In this document: one piece after another, positions 46,768 to 56,926 of the stretch | Layout: every line of letters starts with the position of its first letter | How positions within the stretch are numbered: position 1 is the stretch's first letter | Assembly: GCA_963828465.1 (NCBI GenBank) | Contig: CAWHEU010000022.1 | Location: 512,001-576,000 of the forward strand | Source: an uncultured Acidobacteriota bacterium | GTDB taxonomy: Bacteria > Actinomycetota > Acidimicrobiia > Spongiisociales > ZC4RG35 | Direction: 5' to 3' | DNA: 64,000 nucleotides | The notes under the pieces: model-generated | Seen by the model: only the letters and a program-made list of their open reading frames with translations | Told to the model about the DNA's origin: nothing | Database searches by the model: none | Position numbers and translations under genes: made by a program

Positions 46768-48624
46768 GGACCCGACGGCGCGCTGGAGCCGGGCTCCCGG
46801 AGGGAACAAGTCGTTCCCGACCACCGGAGTCACGGCCGGGGCCATAGCCGTGGCTGCCGGCAAGGCCGCCACCAGACCTGACCGTTCCCGGGTAAGGGTT
46901 GCCCTCATCGGGCTCTCCTTGGTGATCGCCCTGCTCGGGCTGGCCGTCCGGCTATTTCCAGGTGCAGGTGGTCCAGGCGGCCGATCTCGCCGGCCAGGGT
47001 CTGGACCAGCGTCTCGTGACCCGGGATCTCGCCCCACAGCGGGGCAAGATCTATGACCGAAACGGGGAGTTGCTGGCGATGACGGTGGAGGCGCAGAGCA
47101 TCTGGGCCAATCCGACGCAGGTAGAGGAGCCGCTCTGGGTCGCCCAACAGGTGGGCGGGCTCCTTGGTGTCGATTCTCAGGAGTTGCTCACCAGGCTCGA
47201 GTCGGATCGTGAGTTCGTCTATCTCAAACGCCAGGTCGAGCCCGGTGTGGCCGAGCAGATCGCGGCGCTCGAGGTGAAGGGCATATACACCCACCCCGAA
47301 TCGACTCGCATCTACCCGGCTGGGGCAGTGGCCTCCCATGTGACCGGTTTCGTCGACATCGACGGGAACGGGCAAGAGGGTCTGGAGTACATGTACGACG
47401 ACCCACTGCGCGGCGTCCCGGGCAAGGCCGTCTTCGAGCGCGACCTCGAGGGCCGAATCATCCCTCAGGGAATAAGCGACATCGTCGCCGCCGTGCCTGG
47501 CACGGACCTGAACACGACCATCGATCTGCCGTTGCAATACCAGGCCCAGCAGGAATGTCTCGCCGCCGTCGACCGCACCGGCGCCGAGTCGTGTTGGGTG
47601 GTGGTGCTCGACGTCGAATCTGGAGGGGTCCTGGCTCTGGCCGGCGCTCCGGTGTTCGATCCGCAGACGCGCCAGACCCTTGACGAGACCTGTGACACGG
47701 CGCTCGACCCGACCTGTCATGCATTCAGGAACTTCATCGTGCGTGGCGTCTACGAACCGGGTTCGACCCAGAAGCTGATCACGGTGGCAGCCGCCCTCGA
47801 AGAGGGTGAGGTGAAGGCCGGGACCGTGATACCGGGCGTCGCCGATCTCCTGGAACTCCGCCCGGACGCCTGTCGTTCGGCGGATGACGACCTATTCGGC
47901 TGCTACCGCGACTTCGAGGAGCACGAAACCGCCAATATGAGCGTGAGGGAGATATTCACCAGGTCCTCGAATGTGGGAACGATCCTCGTTGCAGAGAAAC
48001 TGGGGCAGGACCGACTCATTTCCTACATCGAGCGGTTCGGCCTCGGTTCGCAGACCGGTGTCGACTACTCGGTCGAGGCACCCGGGACGCTGAACTTCGA
48101 GGCGGGTTGTGAGACATGCTGGGCATCGGCCGCGATCGGCTACTCGGTCGCTGCCACCCCGCTCCAGATGGCCGCGGCCTATGGCGCCATCGGGAACGAC
48201 GGGATCTGGACGGCCCCGCACATCGTCGCCTCCACGACTGACGTCGATGGCGATCAAGATGTCGCCGGTTTGGAGACCAAACGCGTCGTGTCGTCGGAGA
48301 CAGCAGTCCTCATGCAAGAACTGTTGGCCAATGTGGTCGACGAGGGCACCGGACAGAGCGGCCACGGTGGAGGGCTACCAGGTCGGAGGAAAGACCGGAA
48401 CCGCCAACAAGTTGGGTGATGACGGGCGTTACACCGAGGTGACCAGGGCGTCGTTCGTCGGGATGGCGCCGATGAGTGACCCGAAGGTCGTAGTTGCGGT
48501 TCTCATCGACGCCCCATCCCACAGATATCGGACCGGGGGAGCAGCCGCGGCGCCTGTGTTCGCGCAGGTCATGGAGCAAGCACTCCACCGATTGGGGGTG
48601 CCCCCCGATGCTGGCGCCGGGTAG
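46764..48624 (+). CDS. ftsI: Class B PBP FtsI, split by frameshifts near 46955 and 48360 (start uncertain)
   Basis: RGKIYDRNG, EPGSTQK (SxxK), SSN, GKTGT in a shifted frame. Confidence 0.9.
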
Positions 48625-50095
48625 CACCGTGGGTGCGGCATCGGGCCGGGTCGGAGGTCTCGTCGTCGGCGACCCCGAAATCTGGCTCGGCGATGTGACC
48701 CATGATTCGGCGCTCGCCGGTCCCGACGTACTCTTCGTCGCCGTCAAGGGCTCGACCTACGACGGGCACGATTACGTCGGCTCGGCGGTAAGAGCCGGTT
48801 CTCCCGCCGTCGTAGTCGAGACGCTCCAGGACTCGCCGGCCACACAGATCGTGGTCGGCGACACCCGAACCGCCATGGGCCCGATCGCGGCCCTGGTCCA
48901 CGGCGACCCCTCGACCCTCCTGGCCGTCGTCGGCGTCACCGGGACCAACGGCAAGACCACAGTCACCCACTACCTCGAATCGCTCCTCACCTCCGCCGGC
49001 CGGGTCGTCGGGTTGATCGGGACGATCGAGACACGTGTTGGGGCGATGTCCCTGCCCTCGGTGAGAACCACCCCGGAGGCCACCGACTTCCAGCGTCTGC
49101 TCGGCGAGATGAGACAACTCGACGCCGGTGTCGTCGCCGCCGAGGTCTCGTCACACGCCCTGGAGATGGGCCGCGTAGCCGGCACCCGGTTCGAAGTCGC
49201 TGCGTTCACCAACCTGTCCCAGGACCATCTCGATTTTCACGGGTCGATGGAGTCCTACCGCCGCGCCAAGGAGCGCCTGTTCCGGGAGTACGAGGTGGGG
49301 ACAGCCGTACTCAATGTCGACGACCCTGTGGGCGCCGCGATCGCATCCTGGGTGAAGACGCAAGTGATCAGGGTCGGCCGTGCCGGCGAAGTTCGCGCCG
49401 AAAGGGTGGAGACGTCACTGGCTGGGACGCGCTTCGACCTGGCGACAGATCACGGGGCCGTCCCCATCACCTCCGATCTGATCGGCTCGTTCAACGTGGA
49501 GAACGCCCTGGTAGCGGTGGGCTGCTCCCTGGCCCTCGGGTTGACCCTCGACGAGATCTCCGACGGGCTGGCGAGTCTTGGAGGTGTGCCCGGTCGATTC
49601 GAGCATGTCTCAGGGAGCGGGCCGATCCACGTCATTGTCGACTACGCCCACACTCCCGGCGGAGTCGAGGAGGCCATAGCCGTGGCAAGGTCGATAGCGG
49701 CGGGGCGGGTGATCGCTGTGGTCGGCGCAGGCGGCGACCGGGACCGGGAGAAGCGGCCAATGATGGGTCGGGCGGCGACGGGCGCCGATCTGGCCATCCT
49801 GACCAGCGACAACCCGCGTTCTGAAGACCCTGATCAGATCCTCTCCGAAGTGGCCGGCGGCGCGGCCGGGCCCTGGGTCATCCTCGAAGTCGACCGACGA
49901 CGCGCCATCGAGTCGGCCATCGCAGCCGCCGAGGAGGGAGACGTGGTCCTGGTTCTCGGCAAGGGGCACGAGACCGGGCAGGAGGTCCGGGGCGAGGTGC
50001 TTCCGTTCGATGATCGCAGGGTGGCCAGGGAGATCCTGGCCGCACGGTTCGGGTCCGCTGATTTCGACCTTGATTCAGGGAGCATGACGACGTGA
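48608..50095 (+). CDS. murE: MurE ligase (meso-DAP type)
   Basis: GTNGKTT, EVSSH, DHLDFH, DYAHTP, DNPR. Confidence 0.96.
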   Translation: MLAPGSTVGAASGRVGGLVVGDPEIWLGDVTHDSALAGPDVLFVAVKGSTYDGHDYVGSAVRAGSPAVVVETLQDSPATQIVVGDTRTAMGPIAALVHGDPSTLLAVVGVTGTNGKTTVTHYLESLLTSAGRVVGLIGTIETRVGAMSLPSVRTTPEATDFQRLLGEMRQLDAGVVAAEVSSHALEMGRVAGTRFEVAAFTNLSQDHLDFHGSMESYRRAKERLFREYEVGTAVLNVDDPVGAAIASWVKTQVIRVGRAGEVRAERVETSLAGTRFDLATDHGAVPITSDLIGSFNVENALVAVGCSLALGLTLDEISDGLASLGGVPGRFEHVSGSGPIHVIVDYAHTPGGVEEAIAVARSIAAGRVIAVVGAGGDRDREKRPMMGRAATGADLAILTSDNPRSEDPDQILSEVAGGAAGPWVILEVDRRRAIESAIAAAEEGDVVLVLGKGHETGQEVRGEVLPFDDRRVAREILAARFGSADFDLDSGSMTT

Positions 50096-51144
50096 TACCG
50101 CTCCTGACCGCCGCCGCTGTCGGGCTGCTCGTGTCGATCTTCGGCACTCCGTACGCCATTCGCTTCTTCAGACGGCGCGAGATAGGGCAGTTCATCCAGG
50201 AGGAGATCGCCGGGATGCACGGCCACAAGCAGGGGACGCCGACCATGGGAGGCGTGGTCTTCGTCCTCGCGGCAATCATCGGGTACCTGGTGTCGCATGT
50301 CCGTCTGGTGTCGCCGGCCGGCGGGATCGGATTGGAGCTCGATCCGTTCACCGACGGCGGGCTGCTTGCAGTGTTCGCATTGGCAGGCATGGGAGTCGTC
50401 GGGTTCCTCGACGACTGGATCAAGTTCTCCAACAAGCGGAGCCTCGGTCTCTCCAAGTCGGCCAAGTTCGGCGGTCAGCTGGCGATAGCCGCCCTGTTTG
50501 CCTGGGGCGCCACCGAAGCCGGGGTTGTCACCGAGATCTCTTTTGTCCGGCCGCTCGGCATCGATCTCGGCGCGTTCTTCGTGATCTGGGTGCTCTTGAT
50601 GCTGACCGGGTGGGCGAATGGCGTGAACCTGGCCGACGGCATGGATGGCCTCGCCGGCGGGTCATCTGCCCTGGTCGTTGCCTCTTACACCGTCATTGCC
50701 TTCTGGCAGTTCCGAAACCCCCAGGTCTACGAGTCGGTTGACCCCCTCGAGCTGGCCATTATCTCGGCTGCGATGTTCGGGGCGATCCTCGGCTTCCTCT
50801 GGTGGAACGCACCGCCGGCCAAGATCATCATGGGAGATGTCGGCTCACAGGGCATCGGAGGGCTCCTTGCTGCTTTGGCTCTCCTCACCAACACCAGTCT
50901 CCTCCTGGTCGTGCTGGGAGCGATCTTCGTGGCCGAGACCGCCTCGGTGATCCTCCAGGTCGCCAGCTTCAAGATCTTCGGGAAGCGGATCTTCCGCATG
51001 TCGCCGATCCACTATCACTTCGATCTCGGTGGATGGCCCGAGACCACGGTCGTCATCAGGTTCTGGATCCTGACCGGTTTCGGCGTCGCCCTCGGGCTCG
51101 GTTTCTTCTATGGCGACTTCCTCCGGTTAGAGGACTTGTTGTGA
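50092..51144 (+). CDS. mraY: Phospho-MurNAc-pentapeptide translocase
   Basis: KQGTPTMGG, GFLDD, N..DGMDGL, MGDVGS. Confidence 0.96.
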   Translation: MIPLLTAAAVGLLVSIFGTPYAIRFFRRREIGQFIQEEIAGMHGHKQGTPTMGGVVFVLAAIIGYLVSHVRLVSPAGGIGLELDPFTDGGLLAVFALAGMGVVGFLDDWIKFSNKRSLGLSKSAKFGGQLAIAALFAWGATEAGVVTEISFVRPLGIDLGAFFVIWVLLMLTGWANGVNLADGMDGLAGGSSALVVASYTVIAFWQFRNPQVYESVDPLELAIISAAMFGAILGFLWWNAPPAKIIMGDVGSQGIGGLLAALALLTNTSLLLVVLGAIFVAETASVILQVASFKIFGKRIFRMSPIHYHFDLGGWPETTVVIRFWILTGFGVALGLGFFYGDFLRLEDLL

Positions 51145-52439
51145 CCCGGGTACTCGTCCTCGGTGCTGGGGTCTCCGGTCTGGCCGCCGCTGCTCTCGCC
51201 CGGGATCGCGAGATGACGGTGACGATCTACACCCGGGATCAGCCCGAAATCGCCCTGGAGAAGGGATTCCCCGTCGCCAGTGGCGCATGGGACCCGGTCC
51301 TGCTCACCGGCATCGACCTCGTGGTCGCCAGCCCCGGATTCCCCGAGCGCTCCCTGCCCATCGTCGAGGCCCTGGAATGGGGGATCCCCGTGTGGAGCGA
51401 GGTCGAATTCGCCTGGAGGCACCTGGATGTCCCGGTAGCGGCCGTCACGGGCACGAACGGGAAGACCACTGTCACCGAGGCGGCCTCTGCCATGCTCGAG
51501 GCATCGGGGATCGACGCCCCGGCGGCGGGCAACATCGGTTCGGCCCTCTCCGAGCATGTAGGCCAGGGCCACGAGGCCGTGGTCGTCGAGGTGTCCAGCT
51601 TCCAACTCCGCTTCTGCGAGGAGTTCCACCCGGCAGCGGCCGCGATCACGAATGTGGCCCTCGACCATCTCGACTGGCACGGCTCAGAGCATTCATACCG
51701 GGCGGCCAAGGCGAGGATCTTCATGAATCAGACCGACGAGGACCTCCTGGTGTTCGATGCCGACGATGAGGGCGCCGCATCGCTGGTCGCCGGGGCGCAG
51801 AGTGAATTGTTCCCCGTCTCGGGGACTCACCTTCCACCCGGCGGCGGTGGTGTCGACGACGACCATCTAGTGATCGGTGGGCTGACCATCTCGATCGGTG
51901 ATCTCGTCTCAGACGACCCGACCCATCTGGTCAACATCGCCTCGGCTTCCGCGCTCGCGCTGCGTATGGGGGCGACCGCCGATGGGGTTACGGAGGCGGC
52001 CAGGTCATTCGCGCCGGGCCCTCATCGGAGATCGTTGGTGGCGCGAAGTGGCGGCGTCACCTGGATCGACGACTCGAAGGCGACCAACACCCACGCCGCC
52101 GTCAACTCGATCAGGGCTCACGACTCAGTGGTTCTCATCGCCGGGGGCCTGGCCAAGGGGCTCGACGTCGCACCGATCGCCCGCGAGCCCAATGTTCGCT
52201 TCCTGATCGGGATCGGCGAGGCCGGGCCCGATCTGGCGTCGGCGGCGGGGGAGCGAGGACGTGTGGCAGGCACCCTGGAGCGTGCCGTCGAGCTGGCGGT
52301 GGAACTCGCAGAGCCCGGTGACACGGTGCTTCTCGCTCCCGGCTGCGCCAGCTTCGACCAGTTCTCCTCTTACGAGGAGCGCGGGGACAGATTCGCGGGC
52401 TTGGTCCGATCGATCACGGAGGAGGCAAGGTCCGGATGA
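51141..52439 (+). CDS. murD: MurD ligase
   Basis: GTNGKTT, EVSSFQL, DDSKATN, LAPGCASFDQF. Confidence 0.96.
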   Translation: MTRVLVLGAGVSGLAAAALARDREMTVTIYTRDQPEIALEKGFPVASGAWDPVLLTGIDLVVASPGFPERSLPIVEALEWGIPVWSEVEFAWRHLDVPVAAVTGTNGKTTVTEAASAMLEASGIDAPAAGNIGSALSEHVGQGHEAVVVEVSSFQLRFCEEFHPAAAAITNVALDHLDWHGSEHSYRAAKARIFMNQTDEDLLVFDADDEGAASLVAGAQSELFPVSGTHLPPGGGGVDDDHLVIGGLTISIGDLVSDDPTHLVNIASASALALRMGATADGVTEAARSFAPGPHRRSLVARSGGVTWIDDSKATNTHAAVNSIRAHDSVVLIAGGLAKGLDVAPIAREPNVRFLIGIGEAGPDLASAAGERGRVAGTLERAVELAVELAEPGDTVLLAPGCASFDQFSSYEERGDRFAGLVRSITEEARSG

Positions 52440-53599
52440 CAGCGAACGTGACATCGATCGCGAAGGTTCGCGCGGCGGCCCGAAGCCGGGCCGAGCGGCT
52501 CAAGATGAACAACCGCACCGCGACCGCTCTCCTCGTCATGGCCGTGGTCCTGATAGTCATCGGGCTGGGCGCGACCCAGTCGGCTTCGTCGGCGGTCGCC
52601 ATCGACCAGTCCGAGGACCGCTTCTACTTCTTCAAAAGACAGCTGGTCGGTGTCGGGATAGGGACTGTGGCCCTCCTCATCACCAGTCGAATCCCGTACC
52701 GCGTTTACCGCAGGCTCGCCCTGCCCGGTTTCTTCGTCACCGTGGGCCTGCTCATCGCGGTGCTGGCGGTGGGACCGGTAATCGGTGGTTCGCAGCGGTG
52801 GCTGCCGATCGCAGGTTTCAGCTTTCAGCCATCCGAGGTGGCGAAGATCGCGATCGTCTTGGTCCTAGCTCATCTCTTCGAGAAGAAACACCGGCTTCTC
52901 ACCCGATTCGGCCACTTCCTGGTCCCCGTCGTGTTCACGGTCGGTGTGCTCGGCGGCCTCGTGATGCTTCAGCCCGACCTGGGGACGACAATCATCATCG
53001 GCGCGGCTGCGATGGCGGTGATCATGGCCAGCGACACCCCGCTTCGGTACGTGCTCGTCCTCTCTGTCCTGGTCGTGCTGGCCGCCTGGGTTCTTGCTTT
53101 CGGCGACGCGTACAGGGTCGACCGCATCGTCGGGTTCCTCGACCCCTGGGGGAACGCCAGTGGAGAGGGCTACCAGGTGATCCAGGGCTATTACGCCTTG
53201 TCCAACGGCGGTCTCTTCGGGGTGGGACTGGGGGCCAGCCGCGCCCGATGGTTCTATCTGCCGAACGCCCACACCGACTTCATCTTCGCCATCATCGGAG
53301 AGGAGACCGGGCTGATTGGCGGGCTGACTGTCATCGGTCTCTACATCGTGCTCGCATTGGCTGGCTGGATGGTCGCAGTAAGGGCACCGGACCGCTTCGG
53401 CAGGATGATTGCGGCGGGTCTCACCGCCTGGATCACCTTTCAGGCCATCGTCAACATCGGAGGCGTCCTGGGTGTCATGCCGATCACCGGCATCTCTCTT
53501 CCGTTTGTCTCATTCGGGAGCACTTCGCTGATCGTGTGTATGGCGTCGCTCGGCATCCTCGTCAACATCGCCCAGGCAGGGGTGCAGCCCAAGACATGA
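52436..53599 (+). CDS. ftsW: SEDS glycosyltransferase FtsW
   Basis: RW, QPSE..K, QPDLGT, HTDFIF, LPFVSFG. Confidence 0.95.
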   Translation: MTANVTSIAKVRAAARSRAERLKMNNRTATALLVMAVVLIVIGLGATQSASSAVAIDQSEDRFYFFKRQLVGVGIGTVALLITSRIPYRVYRRLALPGFFVTVGLLIAVLAVGPVIGGSQRWLPIAGFSFQPSEVAKIAIVLVLAHLFEKKHRLLTRFGHFLVPVVFTVGVLGGLVMLQPDLGTTIIIGAAAMAVIMASDTPLRYVLVLSVLVVLAAWVLAFGDAYRVDRIVGFLDPWGNASGEGYQVIQGYYALSNGGLFGVGLGASRARWFYLPNAHTDFIFAIIGEETGLIGGLTVIGLYIVLALAGWMVAVRAPDRFGRMIAAGLTAWITFQAIVNIGGVLGVMPITGISLPFVSFGSTSLIVCMASLGILVNIAQAGVQPKT

Positions 53600-54669
53600 C
53601 CTTTCTGATCGCCGCAGCCGGCACGGGTGGCCACGTGTTCCCTGGGCTGGCCGTTGGCGAGGCTCTCGTAGCACGTGGGACCCCCAAGGAGTCGATCCTG
53701 TATGTCGGGGGCGACCGGCTGGAGAAATCTGTCTATCCAGCAGCGGGGTTTCCGTTCCTCCAAGTAGAGGTGAGGGGTCTTCAGCGGTCTATGACCCCTC
53801 GAAACCTGAGCCTGCCGCGGGTGGTGTGGCGGGCGCGTGACGCCATCGGCGCCGCCATGGAGGACAGAGAGGTGAAGGTGGTGCTCGGGATGGGGGGCTA
53901 TGTGACCATCCCGGCCGCATTGGCCACCAGAAGCTCGCAGTCCGTGCTGATCGTCGCTGAGCAGAACGCGGGTAGCGGTCTCGCCAACCGGATCGCCTCG
54001 CGCTGGGCAACACGCATCTTCACCTCCTTCCCCGACACCGAAGGGCTGAAGCGAGGGGAGTGGGTCGGCAACCCGGTGCGCCAAGCGCTGTCGAGCCTGG
54101 ACCGGGAGGAGGTCAGACCGCAGGCGCTAGCTCACTACGGCCTCGATGCGGGATCCCCGGTCCTGGGCGCCATGGGCGGCTCGCTAGGTGCTGGTGTGAT
54201 CAACGGAGCCGTAGACGATCTGGTCACGAATTGGGAGGGGAGCCGGATCCAGGTCTTGCATCTCACCGGCGAGGGCAAGGTCACCACGGAAGGAAATCTG
54301 TCCGAAGCAGTCCACCGGGTGCAGGGTTCGTTCGAGGAGAGGATGGAGCTGTTCTACGCCGCCAGCGACCTGGTTGTTGCTCGCGCCGGCGGTGGGGTTG
54401 CCGAACTGACGGCGACCGCGACACCATCGATCCTCATCCCCGGCGAGTTCGGCTCGTCGGGTCATCAGACGGCTAACGCCGCATTCCTCGAGGGGGCTGG
54501 GGCTGCGAAGGTCGTCGCACAGGACCGTCTCGACATGCTTTCGGGCCTCGTCTCGGAGATCCTTTTGTCGCCGGAGCGACTCGAGGCCATGCGGATCGGC
54601 GCCAGAAGCATCGCCAAGCCGCACGCAGCGATGACAATCGCTGAAGCGATGGAGGAGCTGGCGAGTTGA
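53596..54669 (+). CDS. murG: MurG glycosyltransferase
   Basis: GTGGHVFP, GGYV, EQN, GNPVR, GGSLGA. Confidence 0.95.
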   Translation: MTFLIAAAGTGGHVFPGLAVGEALVARGTPKESILYVGGDRLEKSVYPAAGFPFLQVEVRGLQRSMTPRNLSLPRVVWRARDAIGAAMEDREVKVVLGMGGYVTIPAALATRSSQSVLIVAEQNAGSGLANRIASRWATRIFTSFPDTEGLKRGEWVGNPVRQALSSLDREEVRPQALAHYGLDAGSPVLGAMGGSLGAGVINGAVDDLVTNWEGSRIQVLHLTGEGKVTTEGNLSEAVHRVQGSFEERMELFYAASDLVVARAGGGVAELTATATPSILIPGEFGSSGHQTANAAFLEGAGAAKVVAQDRLDMLSGLVSEILLSPERLEAMRIGARSIAKPHAAMTIAEAMEELAS

Positions 54670-56021
54670 GATTGGACCATCGACGGATCCATCTTGTCGG
54701 GGCGGGCGGCGCCGGGATGAGCGCCATAGCCAAGGTGCTGGCAGGCATGGGTCACGAGGTCTCAGGGTCGGACCAGCGAGGAGGGTCGACTCTGGACAGG
54801 CTGGAGGACTTCGGCATAGCCACGCACACGGGTCATCACCCGGACGTGGCCCGCGGCTCCGACCTCGTGGTCGCCTCGTCGGCCGTACCCGATCAGGACC
54901 CCGAGCTGCTCGCAGCGGCGGAGGCCGGGGTACCGGTCTGGCGCCGTCCGGATCTCCTCGCCGCTCTCACCGAGAGGATCACCACGATCGGGGCCACCGG
55001 CACCCACGGGAAGACGACGACGACGGCGCTATTGGTTGCGGCGTTGAAGGCATTGGGCGAGGATCCGAGCTTCATCGTCGGCGGGGATCTGGCCGACTGG
55101 AACACCAACGGCCATTTCGGAGCGACGCCCCTGCTCGTGGTAGAGGCCGACGAGGCCTTTCGCACCTTTGAGCGGCTGCGACTCGCCGGTCTCATCGTGA
55201 CCAACGTCGAGCCGGAGCACTTGGAGCACTTCGGGTCCGAGTCGGACCTCGAGGATGCGTTCGTCAGAGTGGCCGAGAGCGTCGATGGGCCGCTGGTCGT
55301 CTGTGCCGACGATCCGGGCTCGAGCGAAGTGGCCCGCCGCACCGGGGCCATCACTTACGGCCTGGACCCGGCGGCGGACTGGCGAATCATCGACTTGACG
55401 AGGCACGACGGTGGCACCCGGTTCGAGTTGGTCGGGCCGTCGGCACATGCTCACGTCAGCCTGGGACGGCCGGGTGCCCATGTGGCTCTGAATGCGGCGG
55501 GTGCTCTGGCCCTGCTCGGCTCCCTGGGACGCGACATCGCCGCAGCCGCGCTCGGTCTCGCATCGTTCCGCGGCGTCGGCCGCCGATGGGAGCACCGCGG
55601 AACGGTTTCGGGAGTCACTCTGATCGACGACTACGCCCATCATCCCACCGAGGTGGCGGCAACCGTGGCGGTGGGGAGAGATCTGGCGAGCGGGGTCCTG
55701 TGGGCGGTCTTTCAGCCCCATCTCTACAGCAGGACGGCCCGATTCCACGACGAGTTCGGCGCTGCCCTCAGCGCGGCGGACGAAGTCGTCATCACGGACG
55801 TCTACGGGTCCCGGGAAGAGCCGGTCCCCGGTGTCACCGGCGCCATGGTCGTCGAGGCGGTGCGTCGTCACGGTGCCAACGCCCACTACGTCCCACACCG
55901 TCGCGATCTCGCCGATTTTCTGGCCGAGCGTGTCGCCGAAGGGGACCTGGTCCTGACCATGGGGGCTGGGGACATCACTCTCGTGCCCACCGAGCTCGCC
56001 ATACGTCTCGCGGAGCGATGA
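54666..56021 (+). CDS. murC: MurC ligase
   Basis: GAGGAGMS, GTHGKTTTT, EADE, DDYAHHPTE. Confidence 0.96.
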   Translation: MRLDHRRIHLVGAGGAGMSAIAKVLAGMGHEVSGSDQRGGSTLDRLEDFGIATHTGHHPDVARGSDLVVASSAVPDQDPELLAAAEAGVPVWRRPDLLAALTERITTIGATGTHGKTTTTALLVAALKALGEDPSFIVGGDLADWNTNGHFGATPLLVVEADEAFRTFERLRLAGLIVTNVEPEHLEHFGSESDLEDAFVRVAESVDGPLVVCADDPGSSEVARRTGAITYGLDPAADWRIIDLTRHDGGTRFELVGPSAHAHVSLGRPGAHVALNAAGALALLGSLGRDIAAAALGLASFRGVGRRWEHRGTVSGVTLIDDYAHHPTEVAATVAVGRDLASGVLWAVFQPHLYSRTARFHDEFGAALSAADEVVITDVYGSREEPVPGVTGAMVVEAVRRHGANAHYVPHRRDLADFLAERVAEGDLVLTMGAGDITLVPTELAIRLAER

Positions 56022-56926
56022 TGACGTCCCTCGATTCGCTCATCAGTTCCGGGAAGATCCTCGAGCGAGTCCCTCTCGGTCCGTACACCACATACAAGTC
56101 GGGTGGGCCGGCCCGATACCTCGCCGAGGTGGATGACGCCGAGGCGCTCGACGTTCTGGTGGCCTCGGGGGTGAGCTCCGAGTTGCCGATCCTCGTCCTG
56201 GGGCGCGGCTCGAATCTGGTCGTCTCCGACTCCGGGTTCGAGGGCCTGGTCATCCGTCTCGGATCATCTTTCGGTGGGGTGAAGGTCGAGGGGACACAGG
56301 TGCGCGCCGGCGCGGCCGCACCGTTGGCGCAGGTGGCGCGCAGCAGTGTGGACGCCGGTCTTGCCGGCCTCGAGTTCTTCATCGGGGTTCCCGGATCGGT
56401 CGGGGGAGCCGTCCGCCAGAACGCGGGGTGCTTCGGAACTGAGACCCGCGACCGTCTCGTCGAGGCCTCGATATTGGATCTAACCGACGGAACGATGGGC
56501 ATCTTCGGCCCGGACGACCTGGACCTGTCCTACCGGCACTCCAACATCACCTCGACGCGGGTCGTCGTGAGCGCCTCATTCCAGGCCTCGCCCGGTGACA
56601 CGGACACCGGCCGCGCCGAATTGCGACGCATCACCCGATGGCGCCGTGACAACCAGCCGGGGGGGACATTCAACGCCGGCAGCGTGTTCAAGAACCCGGT
56701 CGGGGCGACGGCCGGGGAGATAATCGACGGGCTTGGGTTGAAGGGGCTGAGGGTGGGGGACGTCGCCGTGTCGGAGAAACACGCCAATTTCTTCGTGGCC
56801 GGGTCATCTGCGACATCTGAGGACATTCGGAGCTTGGTGGTGGCGGTCAAAGACCGTGTTTTCGAGGAGTCGGGCACCATGCTGGAGCCGGAGATCCAGT
56901 TCGTTGGATTCGATGATGAGAATTGA
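56018..56926 (+). CDS. murB: UDP-N-acetylenolpyruvylglucosamine reductase
   Basis: GGPA, GRGSN, PGSVGGA..NAG, GSVFKNP, HANF. Confidence 0.95.
   Translation: MMTSLDSLISSGKILERVPLGPYTTYKSGGPARYLAEVDDAEALDVLVASGVSSELPILVLGRGSNLVVSDSGFEGLVIRLGSSFGGVKVEGTQVRAGAAAPLAQVARSSVDAGLAGLEFFIGVPGSVGGAVRQNAGCFGTETRDRLVEASILDLTDGTMGIFGPDDLDLSYRHSNITSTRVVVSASFQASPGDTDTGRAELRRITRWRRDNQPGGTFNAGSVFKNPVGATAGEIIDGLGLKGLRVGDVAVSEKHANFFVAGSSATSEDIRSLVVAVKDRVFEESGTMLEPEIQFVGFDDEN

Noticed and set aside
46940-48370. Programmed ribosomal frameshifting or true pseudogenisation of ftsI
   Set aside because: There are no canonical slippery heptamers, the same +1 homopolymer pattern recurs in unrelated genes, and the gene is essential.
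52261-54669. Apparent long fusion ORFs (802-aa murG, 545-aa murD, 510-aa arsA)
   Set aside because: The N-terminal extensions are off-frame overlaps with upstream genes; the real starts are the coupled ATG/GTG codons.
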